A DNA stretch of 64,000 nt from Dehalococcoidia bacterium (GCA_963662435.1 OY759598.1:558001-622000); one strand, 5' to 3'. Numbered from the stretch's first letter, positions 10,062 to 20,544 are shown. Numbers and translations are program-made. Notes: a model not told the origin generated them from the letters alone.

Positions 10062-10880
10062 CTACGGTCTCGGGAGTATCCCCTTTGTGGTCGCCCAGTC
10101 CGGATAGTATTGGTACAGAGTTTCCCCGGCCCTGGGGCTTCCCAGTGGCTGCGGCTGCACCATGAAGGGTCCCCGCTGTCCATCGATAGTCATGTAGGCG
10201 TACCGCAGCCCGACGGAGCGCAGTGTTCTTGCCGAGGGAATGTTGAAGGTCCCCACCGTCGCGTGGACTATCCGGTCGTTTTCCAGGATCCAGTTTGCAG
10301 CGGCGTTGACCACCGCGCGCCCGAGTCCTCTTGCCTGCGCGTCTGGATGGGTCTCCATCCCGATTTCCCATACGGGATCGCCGTGATCGGTGACGGTGGC
10401 CAAAGCGGCGAGATCGTCTCCCTCATACACGGCGAACCCGGCTAATGCGTCCCTCTGACAGTGCCAGAAGATATCGAAGTCCACATTCTCCAGCTCTTCA
10501 GCGCCGATCTTCACCACCCGCTTGTCGACGTTGGGGTCTACGGTCTCCCTGTCACCGAAGAGATAGAAGCTCGGACCCCAGACCGCGATGCCCAAGGGTA
10601 GGGTGACGCGCGAAAGCTCATAGATCCCGAAGGGAGCGAATACGAGGTCCGCATGGAGATCGGGCATGATTGGGCGGACTGCGTCGCAGATCTCTTCAGT
10701 GGCCACCAGGGCGCTCGCGTCACCGCACCTGATAGCGACAAGAGTGTTCATCCGCTCCGTCTCAAAGTCGGGGGTGAGCACTGGCATCGGATGACCGTCT
10801 AGTGCCGAGAGCGACACCCCGATGAATCCCTCCGTCCAAGGGGTGATCCGCGCCTTCAGTTTCTCGCTAATAATTTCCAT
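10062..10880 (-). CDS. GNAT-family acetyltransferase (C-terminal domain)
   Basis: WEIGMETHPDAQARGLGRAVV acetyl-CoA motif A and NIPSARTLRSVG. Confidence 0.75.
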   Translation of the reverse strand: MEIISEKLKARITPWTEGFIGVSLSALDGHPMPVLTPDFETERMNTLVAIRCGDASALVATEEICDAVRPIMPDLHADLVFAPFGIYELSRVTLPLGIAVWGPSFYLFGDRETVDPNVDKRVVKIGAEELENVDFDIFWHCQRDALAGFAVYEGDDLAALATVTDHGDPVWEIGMETHPDAQARGLGRAVVNAAANWILENDRIVHATVGTFNIPSARTLRSVGLRYAYMTIDGQRGPFMVQPQPLGSPRAGETLYQYYPDWATTKGILPRP

Positions 10881-10927
10881 TCTCGCTGTCTCCTTCTACG
10901 TGTCAAATTCCACAGGCGTGAGCACAA

Positions 10928-10939
10928 GAACAACAGTTC
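10928..10939. promoter_or_regulatory. putative LexA (SOS) box GAAC-N4-GTTC
   Basis: GAACAACAGTTC is a perfect match in the divergent intergenic region; a second variant GTACGAATGTTC lies at 11055-11066. Confidence 0.5.
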
Positions 10940-11378
10940 CGGAAATTAACCAAAAATTAACCGTTAAACTCCGGGAAACAGGCTTGACAAGATATGGTTA
11001 AGTTCCTGTATAGTGTTGTAATCCAGTATTTGACATACGGAAAGGGTAATTCTGGTACGAATGTTCCAAGTTGTGAACCATACAGTACCTGAACGAATTC
11101 TAGCAAGTTTCGACGCATCTGTTTGGCCCCTTACCGTGGTTCGAAGTACTGGTTTGAGAGAGCTTAGCGTGCTCATGGGGGTTTGCATACCTACATCTTC
11201 TGGAGGTGCTTTCGCACACTCAACGTAGTTTTGTCGCAAGGGTTTTGCTTCGAAGTCGTACGCGGTTCACGCTGGACCCAACATCGACAAGACGTGGGAT
11301 GAAGAGTTTCAAACGCCCAGGCAGCCCTTAGTCGTTCGGGGCATATGCGAACGAAGCTAGAATTCTGGAGGTGCAGCC

Positions 11379-11822
11379 TTGGTGTCAGCAGCAATCTATC
11401 CGACCCAGAACGGAATACAGTCGATGACCGGTTCGAAAGGCAACCCGCTATGCAAGCGGTGCAGCACTCGAATGGTCATGGGCTACGACGAAATGGAATG
11501 CCTCATGTGTGGCAACGTCGATTACAGCTACAGCCGGAAATTGCCCTCCGGTCCCAAGAATCTCCTGAGCTCCGCCACCGACTACGTTCTCCGATACGTT
11601 GGCGACTTTCCGGCGCTGTCCGAGCGACTGGCGCACGTGAAGGTGGTGAGGATCCGAAACAGGGCGGGATTCGATGTTGAATGCCCGTTCTGCTTCAGAG
11701 GTATGGAAGAGGCCTCCCTCTCGGGAAAGCGGCCTGAAGCAAGGGAACGGCGCTTCAAGTGCACGGAAGGTCATCGCGTCTCCCTCATTCCGGGCAAGTC
11801 GGGCGTCGAGGGCTGGCGTTAG
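11379..11822 (+). CDS. hypothetical double zinc-ribbon protein
   Basis: CKRC...CLMC and CPFC...CTEGH motifs; GGAGG RBS at 11367-11371 before the TTG start. Confidence 0.7.
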   Translation: MVSAAIYPTQNGIQSMTGSKGNPLCKRCSTRMVMGYDEMECLMCGNVDYSYSRKLPSGPKNLLSSATDYVLRYVGDFPALSERLAHVKVVRIRNRAGFDVECPFCFRGMEEASLSGKRPEARERRFKCTEGHRVSLIPGKSGVEGWR

Positions 11823-12036
11823 AAGCCCAAAGTTGAGAACTGCGACTACATTGGGGGATTCCCAAGTGGTCGCCGGACTATAGATACAGAACCTCCTCAG
11901 TGCCGATCGGAAACGATCGGTTTATGAAAGAGGGTGCCGTGGGGCCGGCATCCTCTTTTTGCTTTCCGTTGTATATAATCCGGCAAGCAGAGCGCCCTCG
12001 ATACTTCCCAGTTCCCCGCTTGGTCTCATTGCCGAC

Positions 12037-12906
12037 ATGACCACACTCCTAGAACATCGACAGCAGCATCCTGATGCGGTGCAGATCATCGCCGACTTTT
12101 CTCCACCTCGCGGGACGGACACCGCTCCTCTCGATGAGGCGAAATGTCTGGACGCTGACTTCATCGCGGTTAACTACAGTCCAGGAAAGTCGGCGCGAGT
12201 CAATTCCGCCTTTGCCGCGGCATGGATTAAGCAGAACACCGGCAAGGACGTCACCTTCTCGGTGTCGACGCGTGACATGAATCGTGTTGCCATGCAGGGC
12301 ATCCTGCTGGGAGCGGCGACGATGGGACTTGAAAACGTGGTGGTGCTCAAGGGCGACTCGTTCACCGAACGGGAGTTAGAAATCACCAAGACCGTGGACG
12401 ACTACACCCCGACCGGCCTCATTCGCGCAATTGCCGAGATGAACCGAGGGGTTGACTACAAGGGGCTGCGACTGAGCAATTCCACGGATTTCTGCATCGG
12501 GGCGACCATGGACTTGGGTCGCGGCATCGAAAAGCAGCTTGTACTGACCCGGAAGAAGGTGGATGCAGGAGCGCAGTTCTTCCTCCTGCAGGCCCAATTT
12601 TCGCCGGAGCGATTGACGGAGTTCCAAGAGCGATATGCGGAAGAGTATGGCGACCGGCTTACTTCAATCGTTTGTTGTGGGGTACAGATAGTGGTCGAAA
12701 ACGGGGTCACCTTTGGTGACGTTCCGGACTGGGTCATGACGGACGTTCGTCGCGGCCGATCGGGTGAGGATATCGCCGTTGAACTCGCAGGCATGTACCT
12801 CGAATTGGGTTTCCGTTCGCTATATCTACTCGCACCTGTCTTCCGAGGAGGGCGTCGCGACTATGCCGCCTGCCAACGCGTAATTGAGCGGGTGCGGGCG
12901 CTGTAA
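12037..12906 (+). CDS. metF: methylenetetrahydrofolate reductase
   Basis: DFSPPRG, STRDMNR, GLENVVVLKGD and KKVDAGAQFFLLQ motifs; start taken at ATG 12037. Confidence 0.8.
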   Translation: MTTLLEHRQQHPDAVQIIADFSPPRGTDTAPLDEAKCLDADFIAVNYSPGKSARVNSAFAAAWIKQNTGKDVTFSVSTRDMNRVAMQGILLGAATMGLENVVVLKGDSFTERELEITKTVDDYTPTGLIRAIAEMNRGVDYKGLRLSNSTDFCIGATMDLGRGIEKQLVLTRKKVDAGAQFFLLQAQFSPERLTEFQERYAEEYGDRLTSIVCCGVQIVVENGVTFGDVPDWVMTDVRRGRSGEDIAVELAGMYLELGFRSLYLLAPVFRGGRRDYAACQRVIERVRAL

Positions 12907-13021
12907 TTTGGATATCGAATGCGTGCCTAAGTGGTTCCGGTATGGAAGCTAGCTGCTCGCGAGAATTTCGGGTCCTAGCGTTACCCGTTTCCCTGAGGCA
13001 TAATCTCTTCTTGCATCGACC

Positions 13022-13048
13022 TGCTATACTGTGTCCAAACATTTGTAC
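13022..13048 (+). promoter_or_regulatory. extended -10 promoter plus degenerate LexA box upstream of lhr
   Basis: TGcTATACT (13022-13030) followed by AAACATTTGTAC (13037-13048). Confidence 0.45.
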
Positions 13049-13060
13049 TAGGTCCAATTC

Positions 13061-16000
13061 TTGAACGATCCCCTGTCTTCATTCCACCCGCTGGTGCGGG
13101 ACTGGTTTCAGAGTCGCTTCAGCGATCCCACTGCCGCGCAGGCTGAGGGTTGGCCTGCCATCGCGCAGGGAAGTCACACGCTAGTTGCCGCTCCTACAGG
13201 GTCCGGCAAGACTCTGGCTGCCTTCATGACCTGCTTGGATGGACTCGTTCGGCAGGGTCTCGAAGGTGAGATACCGGACAAGACTCAGGTCGTGTACGTC
13301 TCACCGCTCAAGGCGCTGTCCAACGACATCCGCCGAAACTTAATGACCCCCCTGAGCGATCTGCAGAAGCTCGCCGACGAGCGCGGGACGCCGTTGCCGG
13401 ACATTCGCGTGGCCGTCCGAACGGGGGATACGCCCCAGAGCGAGCGGCAGAGGATGGCAAAGAAGCCGCCGCACGTGCTCGTTACAACGCCAGAGTCGTT
13501 CTACATCCTCCTGACTTCGGAGAGCGGTCGTAAGGGACTCAAGAGCGTGAGTACCCTGATCGTCGACGAGCTGCACGCCGTCGCGGACGATAAACGGGGC
13601 TCCCACCTCAGCATCTCGATCGAACGATTGGTCGAGCTGTCGGAGGAGCCGATTACCCGCATAGGCCTGTCGGCAACGCAGAACCCCATCGAGGAGATCG
13701 GACGCTTCCTCGTTGGAGTGAACAACATCAGGGAAGACGGCTCACCTGGCTGCACGATCGTCAACACCGGCCACGCACGCGAGATCGACCTCGAGATCGA
13801 GATGCCCAAGGGGGACGAGCTTGGCCCCATTGCCTCGCACGAGCTCTGGGACCGTACCCTCGACCGCATTGTGGAGTTGACGAAGAAACACCGTACGACG
13901 CTCCTGTTTGTAAATACACGGAGACTCGTCGAACGACTAGCCCATCAGCTCTCCGCAAAGATTGGCGAGAAGCAGATCGTCGCTCACCACGGCAGCATGT
14001 CCCACGAGCGACGGCACGAGGCCGAACGGAAGCTCAAGGAGGGTGAGGTCAAGCTCTGCGTGGCGACGGCCTCGTTGGAGCTCGGCATAGACATCGGCGC
14101 CATCGATCTCGTCTGCCAGATAGGATCGCCGCGCTCGGTTAGTGTGCTTCTTCAACGCATCGGCAGGTCGGGGCACCACGTCGGCGGGACCCCGAAAGGA
14201 AGGCTCTTTCCCTTAACTAGGGATGAGCTCATCGAGAGCATGGCGCTGGTGAGGGCCTTTCGTCACGGCGTGCTCGACGCCCTGACGATACCGGAGTGGC
14301 CTCTGGACGTTCTCTCGCAGCAGATCGTTGCCGAGTGCGCGTCGAGAGACTGCGGCGAGGACGAGCTGTTTGAATTGGTTCGTAGGGCCTATCCCTATCG
14401 AGATCTTCCGAGACAACGATATGCCGAAACCGTAAAGATGCTCGCCGAGGGCCCCGCACCGCGTGAGGGCCGGCGTCGGGCATACATTCATCGCGATGTC
14501 GTCAACGGACGCCTCAAGGCCCGTAGGGGCTCGCGGATTGCCGCACTCACCAACGCGGGTGCGATTCCGGACAACGCCTCCTACGACGTTATCGCCGAGC
14601 CGGAAAACATATTCGTCGGACAAGTCGACGAGGATTTCGCGATCGAAAGTATGAGGGGGCAGGTCTTCCAGCTCGGCAACACGGCATGGAAGATTCGACG
14701 GCTAATGCAGGGCAAGTTGTTGGTCGAGGACGCGCACGGACAACCACCTACCATCCCCTTCTGGTTCGGTGAAGCGCCGGGGCGCACGACCGAACTGTCG
14801 GACGAGGTGTCCGATCTCCGAGAACGGATATACGAACGCCTCGACTCCGGCCGGGCAGTCTCGTGGCTCATCGATGAGGGTTTCAACCGGGACTCAGCTG
14901 AGCAGGCGGTCGCGTATATCGAAGAGGGGATACGCATCCTGGGAACGGTGCCAACCAAGAAACGCATCGTAGCCGAGAGATTCTTCGATGAATCCGGGGG
15001 GATGCAGCTGGTCGTTCATTCACCCCACGGATCGCGCATCAACAAGGCGTGGGGATTCGCGCTGCGGAAGGAGATTTGCCGCACCTTCGACTTCGAACTG
15101 CAGGCCGCAGCGACCGAGGACGGCATCAACCTCTCGCTCGGGCCTTCCTTGTCGTTCCCACTTGAGGACGTGTTCAAGTACGTTCCTCTGGCGAAGGTGG
15201 AGAAGATACTTACGCAGGCCGTCCTCCAGGTGCCGCTATTCCCCATCAGGTGGCGATGGGACGCTTCGCGGGCGCTGGCGATTCTGCGCTTTTCCAACGG
15301 AAAGAAGACCCCTCCGGCGCTGCTTCGTATGCGGTCGGACGACCTTCTGGCCGCCGTGTTCCCGGAACAGGTGATGTGCCAGGACAACGCCATGCCGGGC
15401 GACGTTGAGGTGCCCGATCACCCGCTCGTGTTCGAGACGATGAGGGATGCCCTCCACGAGGCGATGGACATGAATGGCTTCAAGCGCGTCCTTGAGGACA
15501 TTTCTGGCGGAGAGATCGAAATACTCGCCCGCGATACCACGCAGCCGTCGGTATTCAGCCATCAGATCCTCAACTCAATGCCGTACTCCTTCCTCGACGA
15601 GGACGGCGAGATCGGGGAACGGCGCTCGCGGGCAGTAGCGCTTCGACGGGCCCTACCGGAGGACCAGCGTGACCTTGCGTCCCTCGACATGGGAGCAATT
15701 AGGGACGCCATGCGAGACGCATGGCCGCTCATCCGCGATGCGGACGAACTGCACGACGCACTCTTGACGCTCGGCCTCTTGCCGGCCAATAACCTGCACC
15801 GCGAAAACGTAGACGGCGAGCAGCTGCAAGTCTGGTTCGATAAGTTGGTGAAGGCCGGTCGTGCCTCCACGGCGACTTACGGCGATGAGAACAGTGCCTG
15901 GGTGGCAACGGAGTCGGTACCCCTGGTATTGGCTGCAATACCGGACGCTACCTTCGAGCCGGGCTCCGTGACTTTGTGGCAGAGCGAGGATGAACCTCTG

Positions 16001-17386
16001 ACGCAGGACGACGCCGAGCGAATTCTCGTCCGCAGTCGAACAGAATGCATCGGGCCGTTCACCGCCGAAGAAATAGCCGGCTCTCTGGGGATGCGGAAAG
16101 GTGCAGTGGACATCGCGCTGGCACACCTCGAGGGGACGGGCAACATACTGAGAGGCCGCTTCACGCCGGGTCGGCCGGTCGAGGAGTTTTGCGATCGGCG
16201 GATTCTCGCTCGCATCCACCAGGAGACCATAGGCAGGCTGCGCAGGGAGATCGAACCCGTTCCTCCGGCCACGTTCATGCGCTTCCTCATCGCCTGGCAG
16301 AAGGCAGCTCCTCCTTGGAAAGTGCGCGAGGAGGACGGGCTTCTGCATGTGATCGAGCAGCTTCAGGGATTCGAGGCGGCAGCGGGAGCATGGGAATCGG
16401 AGATACTCCAGTCACGAGTCATGGATTACTTACCTCGAATGCTGGACGAATGGTGCCTTTCCGGAGACGTTGCCTGGGGTCGGTTCAGCCGACGTCCAAT
16501 CGACGAAGACATGCCCGTAACGAAAGGCACGTTGACACGAACTGGCCGGATATCGCTGGCTCTACGTGAGTCGGTGCCCTGGCTGCTAGCCGAAGCCCAG
16601 ACGGGAGAGAACGGCCTGCTCGGTGCGCAGGGCGAAGTGATGCAGCACCTCGAGCAGACGGGAGCGTCATTCATGCAGGATATTGTCTCGTCGACTGGGC
16701 GCTTGCCGTCGGACGTGGAGGATGCGTTGTGGAGGCTCGCAGCCGCCGGACTGGTCACTTCTGACGGTTTCACTGCCGTCCGCGGCATGTTAAACGGCAC
16801 GGCCAGGAAGCAGCCCAGAAGGGCGCCGGCGTTCGGGCGGGGACTGAGGCGGAGAGTCCCGAGCAGCAGGTGGTCACTGCTTCAGGGCAATGCCGACGGG
16901 GAAGATGTCGTAGAATTGCGGGCGTGGCAGCTTCTGAAGCGCTACGGTGTTGTGTTCCCCGAGCTGTTGGTGCGAGAGACCAACGCGCCTCGATGGAGAG
17001 ACCTGGTGCGGGTCTATCGAAGAGCCGAGGCCCGCGGCGAGATTCGCGGCGGACGATTCGTCGCCAACTTTGTGGGGGAGCAGTACGCCATGCCCGAGGC
17101 CGTTGAGCGACTCCGCAACATCCGCCGCACGGAAAAGGACGACCGGTTTGTCGTCCTCTCAGCTTGCGACCCACTCAACCTTGCCGGGATAACTAGCCCC
17201 GGCTCACGCGTACCTGCCTTGCTGGACAACAGGATCGTGTACCGGAACGGCGTGCCGGTGGCCTCGCTCGAGGGCGGCAGCGTTCAGTGGCGCGACGAGT
17301 TGGATGAGATGTCACGGGAGCAAATGCTCTTGGCCCTGTCCAGACCACGCGACGCTGCAGTAGGTACGAGACGGGTGACTGCGTAG
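13061..17386 (+). CDS. lhr: Lhr-family ATP-dependent DEAD/DEAH helicase (long form)
   Basis: APTGSGKTLAAF, YVSPLKALSND, VRTGDT, IVDELH, SLELGIDIG, QRIGRSGH; C-terminal RRGRFV-like and DPLNL motifs. Confidence 0.95.
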   Translation: MNDPLSSFHPLVRDWFQSRFSDPTAAQAEGWPAIAQGSHTLVAAPTGSGKTLAAFMTCLDGLVRQGLEGEIPDKTQVVYVSPLKALSNDIRRNLMTPLSDLQKLADERGTPLPDIRVAVRTGDTPQSERQRMAKKPPHVLVTTPESFYILLTSESGRKGLKSVSTLIVDELHAVADDKRGSHLSISIERLVELSEEPITRIGLSATQNPIEEIGRFLVGVNNIREDGSPGCTIVNTGHAREIDLEIEMPKGDELGPIASHELWDRTLDRIVELTKKHRTTLLFVNTRRLVERLAHQLSAKIGEKQIVAHHGSMSHERRHEAERKLKEGEVKLCVATASLELGIDIGAIDLVCQIGSPRSVSVLLQRIGRSGHHVGGTPKGRLFPLTRDELIESMALVRAFRHGVLDALTIPEWPLDVLSQQIVAECASRDCGEDELFELVRRAYPYRDLPRQRYAETVKMLAEGPAPREGRRRAYIHRDVVNGRLKARRGSRIAALTNAGAIPDNASYDVIAEPENIFVGQVDEDFAIESMRGQVFQLGNTAWKIRRLMQGKLLVEDAHGQPPTIPFWFGEAPGRTTELSDEVSDLRERIYERLDSGRAVSWLIDEGFNRDSAEQAVAYIEEGIRILGTVPTKKRIVAERFFDESGGMQLVVHSPHGSRINKAWGFALRKEICRTFDFELQAAATEDGINLSLGPSLSFPLEDVFKYVPLAKVEKILTQAVLQVPLFPIRWRWDASRALAILRFSNGKKTPPALLRMRSDDLLAAVFPEQVMCQDNAMPGDVEVPDHPLVFETMRDALHEAMDMNGFKRVLEDISGGEIEILARDTTQPSVFSHQILNSMPYSFLDEDGEIGERRSRAVALRRALPEDQRDLASLDMGAIRDAMRDAWPLIRDADELHDALLTLGLLPANNLHRENVDGEQLQVWFDKLVKAGRASTATYGDENSAWVATESVPLVLAAIPDATFEPGSVTLWQSEDEPLTQDDAERILVRSRTECIGPFTAEEIAGSLGMRKGAVDIALAHLEGTGNILRGRFTPGRPVEEFCDRRILARIHQETIGRLRREIEPVPPATFMRFLIAWQKAAPPWKVREEDGLLHVIEQLQGFEAAAGAWESEILQSRVMDYLPRMLDEWCLSGDVAWGRFSRRPIDEDMPVTKGTLTRTGRISLALRESVPWLLAEAQTGENGLLGAQGEVMQHLEQTGASFMQDIVSSTGRLPSDVEDALWRLAAAGLVTSDGFTAVRGMLNGTARKQPRRAPAFGRGLRRRVPSSRWSLLQGNADGEDVVELRAWQLLKRYGVVFPELLVRETNAPRWRDLVRVYRRAEARGEIRGGRFVANFVGEQYAMPEAVERLRNIRRTEKDDRFVVLSACDPLNLAGITSPGSRVPALLDNRIVYRNGVPVASLEGGSVQWRDELDEMSREQMLLALSRPRDAAVGTRRVTA

Positions 17387-17417
17387 TAGATTGAAGATTG
17401 GGCGCTGCCTGGCTTGA

Positions 17418-17442
17418 ATGTGGTATATACTATGTGGTATAT
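17418..17442 (+). promoter_or_regulatory. direct-repeat operator upstream of toxin-antitoxin operon
   Basis: ATGTGGTATAT occurs twice (17418-17428 and 17432-17442), overlapping a TTGAAT -35-like hexamer. Confidence 0.45.
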
Positions 17443-17514
17443 GTGTGTAGACTACAGGTCTGAGGCAATTGCTCTTGCGTGTGTGCGATGCGCCTCACCG
17501 AAGGGGGTGCAAGA

Positions 17515-17739
17515 ATGCCACAACTTCACTTCTATGTATCGGACGAAATAGCTGAACGAGTGCGTCGTCGTGCCGAATCCAATCACATGAGTGTTTCGAA
17601 GTATCTTGCTGCCATTGTGAAGGATGAGGCCGGCGTTGGCTGGCCGAAAGGTTATTTCGAAGCGGTTGTAGGTGGTTGGAAGGGCGAGCCGCTGACGCGT
17701 CCGTCGCAAGGCGACCTCGAAAAACGTAACCCCTTTTAG
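17515..17739 (+). CDS. ribbon-helix-helix antitoxin (VapB-like)
   Basis: MPQLHFYVSDEIAERVRRRAESNHMSVSKYL fits an RHH pattern; abuts the PIN toxin. Confidence 0.75.
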   Translation: MPQLHFYVSDEIAERVRRRAESNHMSVSKYLAAIVKDEAGVGWPKGYFEAVVGGWKGEPLTRPSQGDLEKRNPF

Positions 17740-18147
17740 ATGTACCTGCTCGACACCTACTTCTGCATCGACGTGATTAATGGTGCATCGAGTCTTGCCG
17801 CCAGCAGGCTTCGAAGTCGGAATCCCGATGAAATTCGCTTGTGTGCCGTGGTCAAGGCGGAACTTTACCATGGCGCCCGTATGAGTGCGCGAGTAGCGGA
17901 CAACCTTCGACTGCTCGAACGCTTCTTTGCCCCGTTTCGTTCATTACCCTTCGACGATGCTTGTGCCGAGTACTATGCTCAGATTCGCGCTGACCTACAA
18001 AGTGACGGGAATATGATAGGTCCCAATGACCTCACAATTGCCGCAATTGCAAAGGCACACGACTTGACACTGGTAACCCACAACTTCCAGGAATTCTCCA
18101 GGGTGGTCGGTTTGAAGATCGAGGACTGGCATGAGGACACGCCGTAG
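17740..18147 (+). CDS. vapC: VapC/PIN-domain toxin
   Basis: YLLDT, VVKAELYHGA, IGPNDLTIAAIA, LVTHN and EFSRVVGLKIEDW. Confidence 0.92.
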   Translation: MYLLDTYFCIDVINGASSLAASRLRSRNPDEIRLCAVVKAELYHGARMSARVADNLRLLERFFAPFRSLPFDDACAEYYAQIRADLQSDGNMIGPNDLTIAAIAKAHDLTLVTHNFQEFSRVVGLKIEDWHEDTP

Positions 18148-18387
18148 GCGAGCAAATCTGAAAGTGTCCAATGGTTCAGTGGAAACCGTTTGTAGTGAAC
18201 TTCTCGAACTGTGAACGACGTGACCTCCCTTCGACAGGCTAAAGGAGAACGGGTTGCATTCTTGCCGGCCTCTCAGGGTGAATCACCGGTTCAGCGTGTA
18301 TAATGTCGGCACACAGTATAGCTACAAATGCGAGTGGCCCGGCCGGATGGAGTTCGGGCCACTTTCGCGCCTGAGGAACGCAGCCAC

Positions 18388-19386
18388 GTGACATTGCTCC
18401 TACTTTGGCTTGCCCTCGCCGGGGCCGCCGCGGCGATTCTGCTGTTTTCCCGCCTGCTCGTTTCGTCCGCCGATGTCATAGCAGACCGCACGGGTCTGGG
18501 CAGGTCGTTTGTTGGGGTCATCATGCTGGCAACGGCCACGTCGCTCCCGGAGTTGGTGACGGGCGTCAGTTCGATCACTCTTGTCGATCAACCCGACCTC
18601 GCCGCCGGTGACGCCTTCGGTAGCAACCTTGTCAATCTCGTCATCATCGGAATCATCGACCTGCTGTGGCGCAACGGGCCGATTCTCGTCGCCGTGGGAC
18701 GCGGCCCGATCCTCGTGGGCTTCCTCGGTATCGCCGTCGTAGGCTGCACGATTGTCGCTATGCTCGCCCATGGTGCCACCGAACTTGCCGAGAACTGGCC
18801 CGTAAGTCCATTGTCGCTCGTGCTCTTCCTGGTATTCCTCTTCGGCATGTTCGCCCTTTACCGCCAGGAGGAAGCCCCGCAGGAGGAGCCGACCGGAGGG
18901 ACGGAAGAGACGTTGCCGTCGGCACTTGGGAAGTACACCGCCGCCATGCTGGTGATCGTCGGGTCTGCGGTGCTCCTGGCTTTGACGGGAGATCAGATTG
19001 CGCACAGGATGGGCTGGGAGGCCAGCTTCGTAGGCACACAATTCCTCGCTATCAGTACGTCGTTGCCTGAGTTCGCAGCGTCCTACGCGGCGGTGCGAAT
19101 AGGAGCGCCCGATCTGGCGATAGCGAATCTGCTGGGCAGCAACGTGTTCAACATGGGATTCGTGCTGTTCATCGACGACGTGGCCTATGTCGACGGCCCC
19201 CTCTGGTCGGGGATTGCCGGAATTCACCTGCTGACTGCCGGGTTTGCAGTCGTGATGACCGTGGTAGTCCTTGGCGGTCTTCTCGCGCATAGGGGACAGA
19301 AGAGGGAGGGGCGGTTTACGTGGGAATCCGTAGGCCTGATCGTCCTCTACCTTGCGGCGAGCGCGTTGGTGTTTGGGCTCGCGTAG
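18388..19386 (+). CDS. sodium:calcium antiporter (CaCA family)
   Basis: two alpha repeats, ATATSLPE...GSNLVN and AISTSLPE...GSNVFN; multiple TM segments; start approximate. Confidence 0.9.
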   Translation: MTLLLLWLALAGAAAAILLFSRLLVSSADVIADRTGLGRSFVGVIMLATATSLPELVTGVSSITLVDQPDLAAGDAFGSNLVNLVIIGIIDLLWRNGPILVAVGRGPILVGFLGIAVVGCTIVAMLAHGATELAENWPVSPLSLVLFLVFLFGMFALYRQEEAPQEEPTGGTEETLPSALGKYTAAMLVIVGSAVLLALTGDQIAHRMGWEASFVGTQFLAISTSLPEFAASYAAVRIGAPDLAIANLLGSNVFNMGFVLFIDDVAYVDGPLWSGIAGIHLLTAGFAVVMTVVVLGGLLAHRGQKREGRFTWESVGLIVLYLAASALVFGLA

Positions 19387-19401
19387 ATGACGTTCAGCCG
19401 T

Positions 19402-20544
19402 CTAGTTCATACCTAGCTGGTAGAACTTGCCCTCAGTCTTTATGGAAGGAGCGAAGATCAACTCGGCCTTCTGGTGGAACTCGCGGATATTGAACGCTCC
19501 CACGTAGCCGAGGCAGGTCTTCAGCGCGCCCAGCAGGTTCAGGGTACCGTCGGACTTTGAAGAAGGACCGTACAGGACTTGCTCGATCGACCCTCTCATG
19601 CCGACCTTAACTCGTGTCCCGCGAGGAAGTACGGGATCGGGACTGGCCATTCCCCAGTTGCATCCCTGCCCGGGGGCCTCGGTCGTCTGAGCAAACGGCG
19701 TGCCGATCATCACGGCGTCTGCGCCCGCGGCAAAGGACTTGCAGAGGTCTCCACCCGTACGAATGCCGCCATCGGTTACGATGGGGACGTACCTGCCGGA
19801 TCGGCGATAGTACTCTTCGCGAGCGGCGGCGCAGTCGAGCGTGGACGTCACTTGGGGGACACCCATGCCGGTGACCTCGCGAGTCGTGCATGCTGCCCCC
19901 GGTCCTATTCCGACGAGGACGCCGTGTATACCCGTTTCCATGATCTCCAGCGCAACATCGTAGGTTGCGCAGTTTCCTACAATCACGGGAACGTTGACCA
20001 TCTCCAAGAGCTCGGGAAGGCGAAGACCGCGAATGCTGCGTGACTTGTGCCGTGCCGTCGTTACGGTCGACTGCACAACGAGCACGTCCGCGCCTGCGTC
20101 GACGGCCAGAGGGGCTAGCCGCTTGGTGTTTGCCGGGGTAACAGAAACGGCGCACTTGGCGCCGTTCTTCTTGATCCGTTGCACTCGCTCTCCGACCAGG
20201 TTCTCCTTGATCGGAGCGGCGTATACTCGCTGGAAGGTTTTGGTAACCTCGTCCTGCGGGGCGGCTGCGATCTCCGCCAGCACCTCTTCGGGGTCGTCGT
20301 ACTTCGTCTGAACGCCTTCGAGGTTCATCACCGCCAGCCCCCCCTGTCGGTCGAACTCGACTGCCGTCTCAGGCGATACAATCGCGTCCATCGCCGAGGC
20401 CAGGACCGGTGCCGGAAACGTCATTCCATCGAGGTTGAAGTCGATGTCGGCAAGCTCCGGATTGATGGTGATTGCGCCCGGGGCGATCGCGATCTCGTCG
20501 AAGCCGTAGGTCCGTCGGACTTCCTTGAAGGTGCGGGCATTCAT
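19402..20544 (-). CDS. guaB3: GuaB3-family IMP dehydrogenase-related protein
   Basis: YGFDEIAIAPG, ASAMDAIVSP, LAVMNLEG, GIGPGAACTTR catalytic Cys loop, TDGGIRTGGD; no CBS domain. Confidence 0.9.
   Translation of the reverse strand: MNARTFKEVRRTYGFDEIAIAPGAITINPELADIDFNLDGMTFPAPVLASAMDAIVSPETAVEFDRQGGLAVMNLEGVQTKYDDPEEVLAEIAAAPQDEVTKTFQRVYAAPIKENLVGERVQRIKKNGAKCAVSVTPANTKRLAPLAVDAGADVLVVQSTVTTARHKSRSIRGLRLPELLEMVNVPVIVGNCATYDVALEIMETGIHGVLVGIGPGAACTTREVTGMGVPQVTSTLDCAAAREEYYRRSGRYVPIVTDGGIRTGGDLCKSFAAGADAVMIGTPFAQTTEAPGQGCNWGMASPDPVLPRGTRVKVGMRGSIEQVLYGPSSKSDGTLNLLGALKTCLGYVGAFNIREFHQKAELIFAPSIKTEGKFYQLGMN

Noticed and set aside
11070..11378. Known riboswitch upstream of the zinc-ribbon gene and metF
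   Set aside because: I could not recognise SAM, THF, cobalamin or c-di-GMP consensus elements by eye; it needs an Rfam scan
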